A stretch of DNA of 64,000 bases from Octopus vulgaris (taxonomy: Eukaryota). The notes beneath the pieces were generated by a model, which was not told where the DNA came from, did not search any database, and was given only the letters and a program-made list of their open reading frames with translations. Within the stretch, counting starts at the first letter, position 1; each line of letters opens with the position of its first letter. Positions 62,701 through 64,000 of the stretch are shown here, piece after piece. The position numbers and the translations under genes were made by a program. Where the stretch lies: positions 23,064,001 through 23,128,000 of the forward strand of contig OX597834.1 in NCBI GenBank assembly GCA_951406725.2, written 5' to 3'.

Positions 62701-64000
62701 TTCTCCATTCTTCCTGAGAGTTAAGCTAATACACCTGCTTGTTGTTCCTTCACCTATCTTTGTCATTTGTTTTGTGTCTCTTCGTGAAGATCTGGAAGTT
62801 AAAGGACAAAAATAGCAATTGTCATCTAATAGGGAACATTGCTAGGATATGGTAAGTCTTATGCTATGATATAGTTATAACCTCTGCTGTTGGGAATTGT
62901 TGGAAATCTTAAACTGCATGGGTGATGTTATTGACAGATAAGGATCAAATGTCCACATTCTATCTGTAGAACTTTTTTTACTCTTTAGCATTTAAACTGG
63001 CCAATCCCAGCCCAAATATTGTTTCATATTCAAACTGGCCATATCCAACCTCTCACACCTAACCTACACTGACATTCTAAAAATAAACAACCATATCATC
63101 AAAACCTCGAAGCTATGAGAGAATGCAGGGTTAATTCAAAGTAATTTGAATGAAAAGGTGTTGTATTTAACAAAGTAATCTGAATGCTAAAGAATTCAAC
63201 TTTAAATGATTCTATTAAGCATTCTCAAGTGCCAGATTATGTATCTGTAACTCTACAATATAGACCTTATCTACTGATAATGAGATTCATGGATTATACA
63301 GAGGTAGCCTGATGTATCCTAATACTCTTAACATCAATGATTGAAAATTCATATAATTTACAATTTAATAACTTTATTCAATTTGCTTCTAATCTTAGTT
63401 TTGGTATCTTATAATTGCTTAATCCTTCCAAGTTATGGCCTTTACAATTCTTTTAAAATTTTCTTAAATGCTTCCCATAAGTTAAAATTATTATTATTAT
63501 TAATCATGTGACTTACAGGATTTGCTTTATTCTCAATAATAACATGCAAATATTGGTGAACAAAAATGCTGGCATCCAAGGCTTTGAAATTTTGCAAACC
63601 TTTGATTTGAATTAACCCTGCATTCTCTCATAGCTTCTCTGCATTTTTCCCCTTAATAATAGCTAATATTCTATTAGTTCTACAGTAATTAATAGGTGCG
63701 CTTTAACCAATAGGATGAAAATGAATAAGAAATGCTTGAATTTATTAACCATGTCACTCCTTTGATCTATAAAATAATAGAGTAAATGGGTTTCTTTTTG
63801 AGAACATCAGCAACTGATTTGAAAATTTAAATATCACGTTTGGCACCTACCATCTGCTGGTTTATAAGTCTCTTTTGCCAGTACTAATTTCTATGAGAGG
63901 TGTCGTTAAGTTTAATGACATCTTTAGTTTAAATATACCTTTTAACAATTCTATAATTTACAACCTTATTCTGATGTCCACCTTCATAATTGACTGATTA

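Noticed and set aside
63230-64000. Possible Penelope GIY-YIG remnant on the minus strand
   Set aside because: Too decayed to support motif-level translation by eye

Overview
AT-rich eukaryotic DNA, very probably from an octopus or other coleoid cephalopod. This is inferred from the tandem C2H2-ZNF cluster and the SINE types; no taxonomic search was run. The window holds nine paralogous poly-C2H2 zinc-finger genes (G1-G9; strands + + + - - + + - -), each with a single coding exon of 11-20 finger repeats and no KRAB, SCAN, BTB or ZAD domain. They share a modular architecture: a conserved non-coding leader exon ending in ATAT|GTAAGT (seen in G2-G5, G7, G8), a conserved acceptor 330-600 nt upstream of the main ATG (all nine), a positionally fixed uORF at +9 of the coding exon, and a ~35-aa N-terminal motif (ME-E-CE...CE-Q...IDF). 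There is evidence of intra-gene finger-block duplication, inter-gene conversion or shuffling, an intronic inversion and 3' trimming of arrays. Intergenic and intronic DNA is full of tRNA-derived SINEs, decayed RTE, CRE, HERO-like and CR1/L2-like LINE pieces, a mariner, a gypsy fragment, a Helitron-like element, MITEs and Penelope-type hammerhead ribozyme motifs. All alignments and counts were made by eye, and TE coordinates are approximate.
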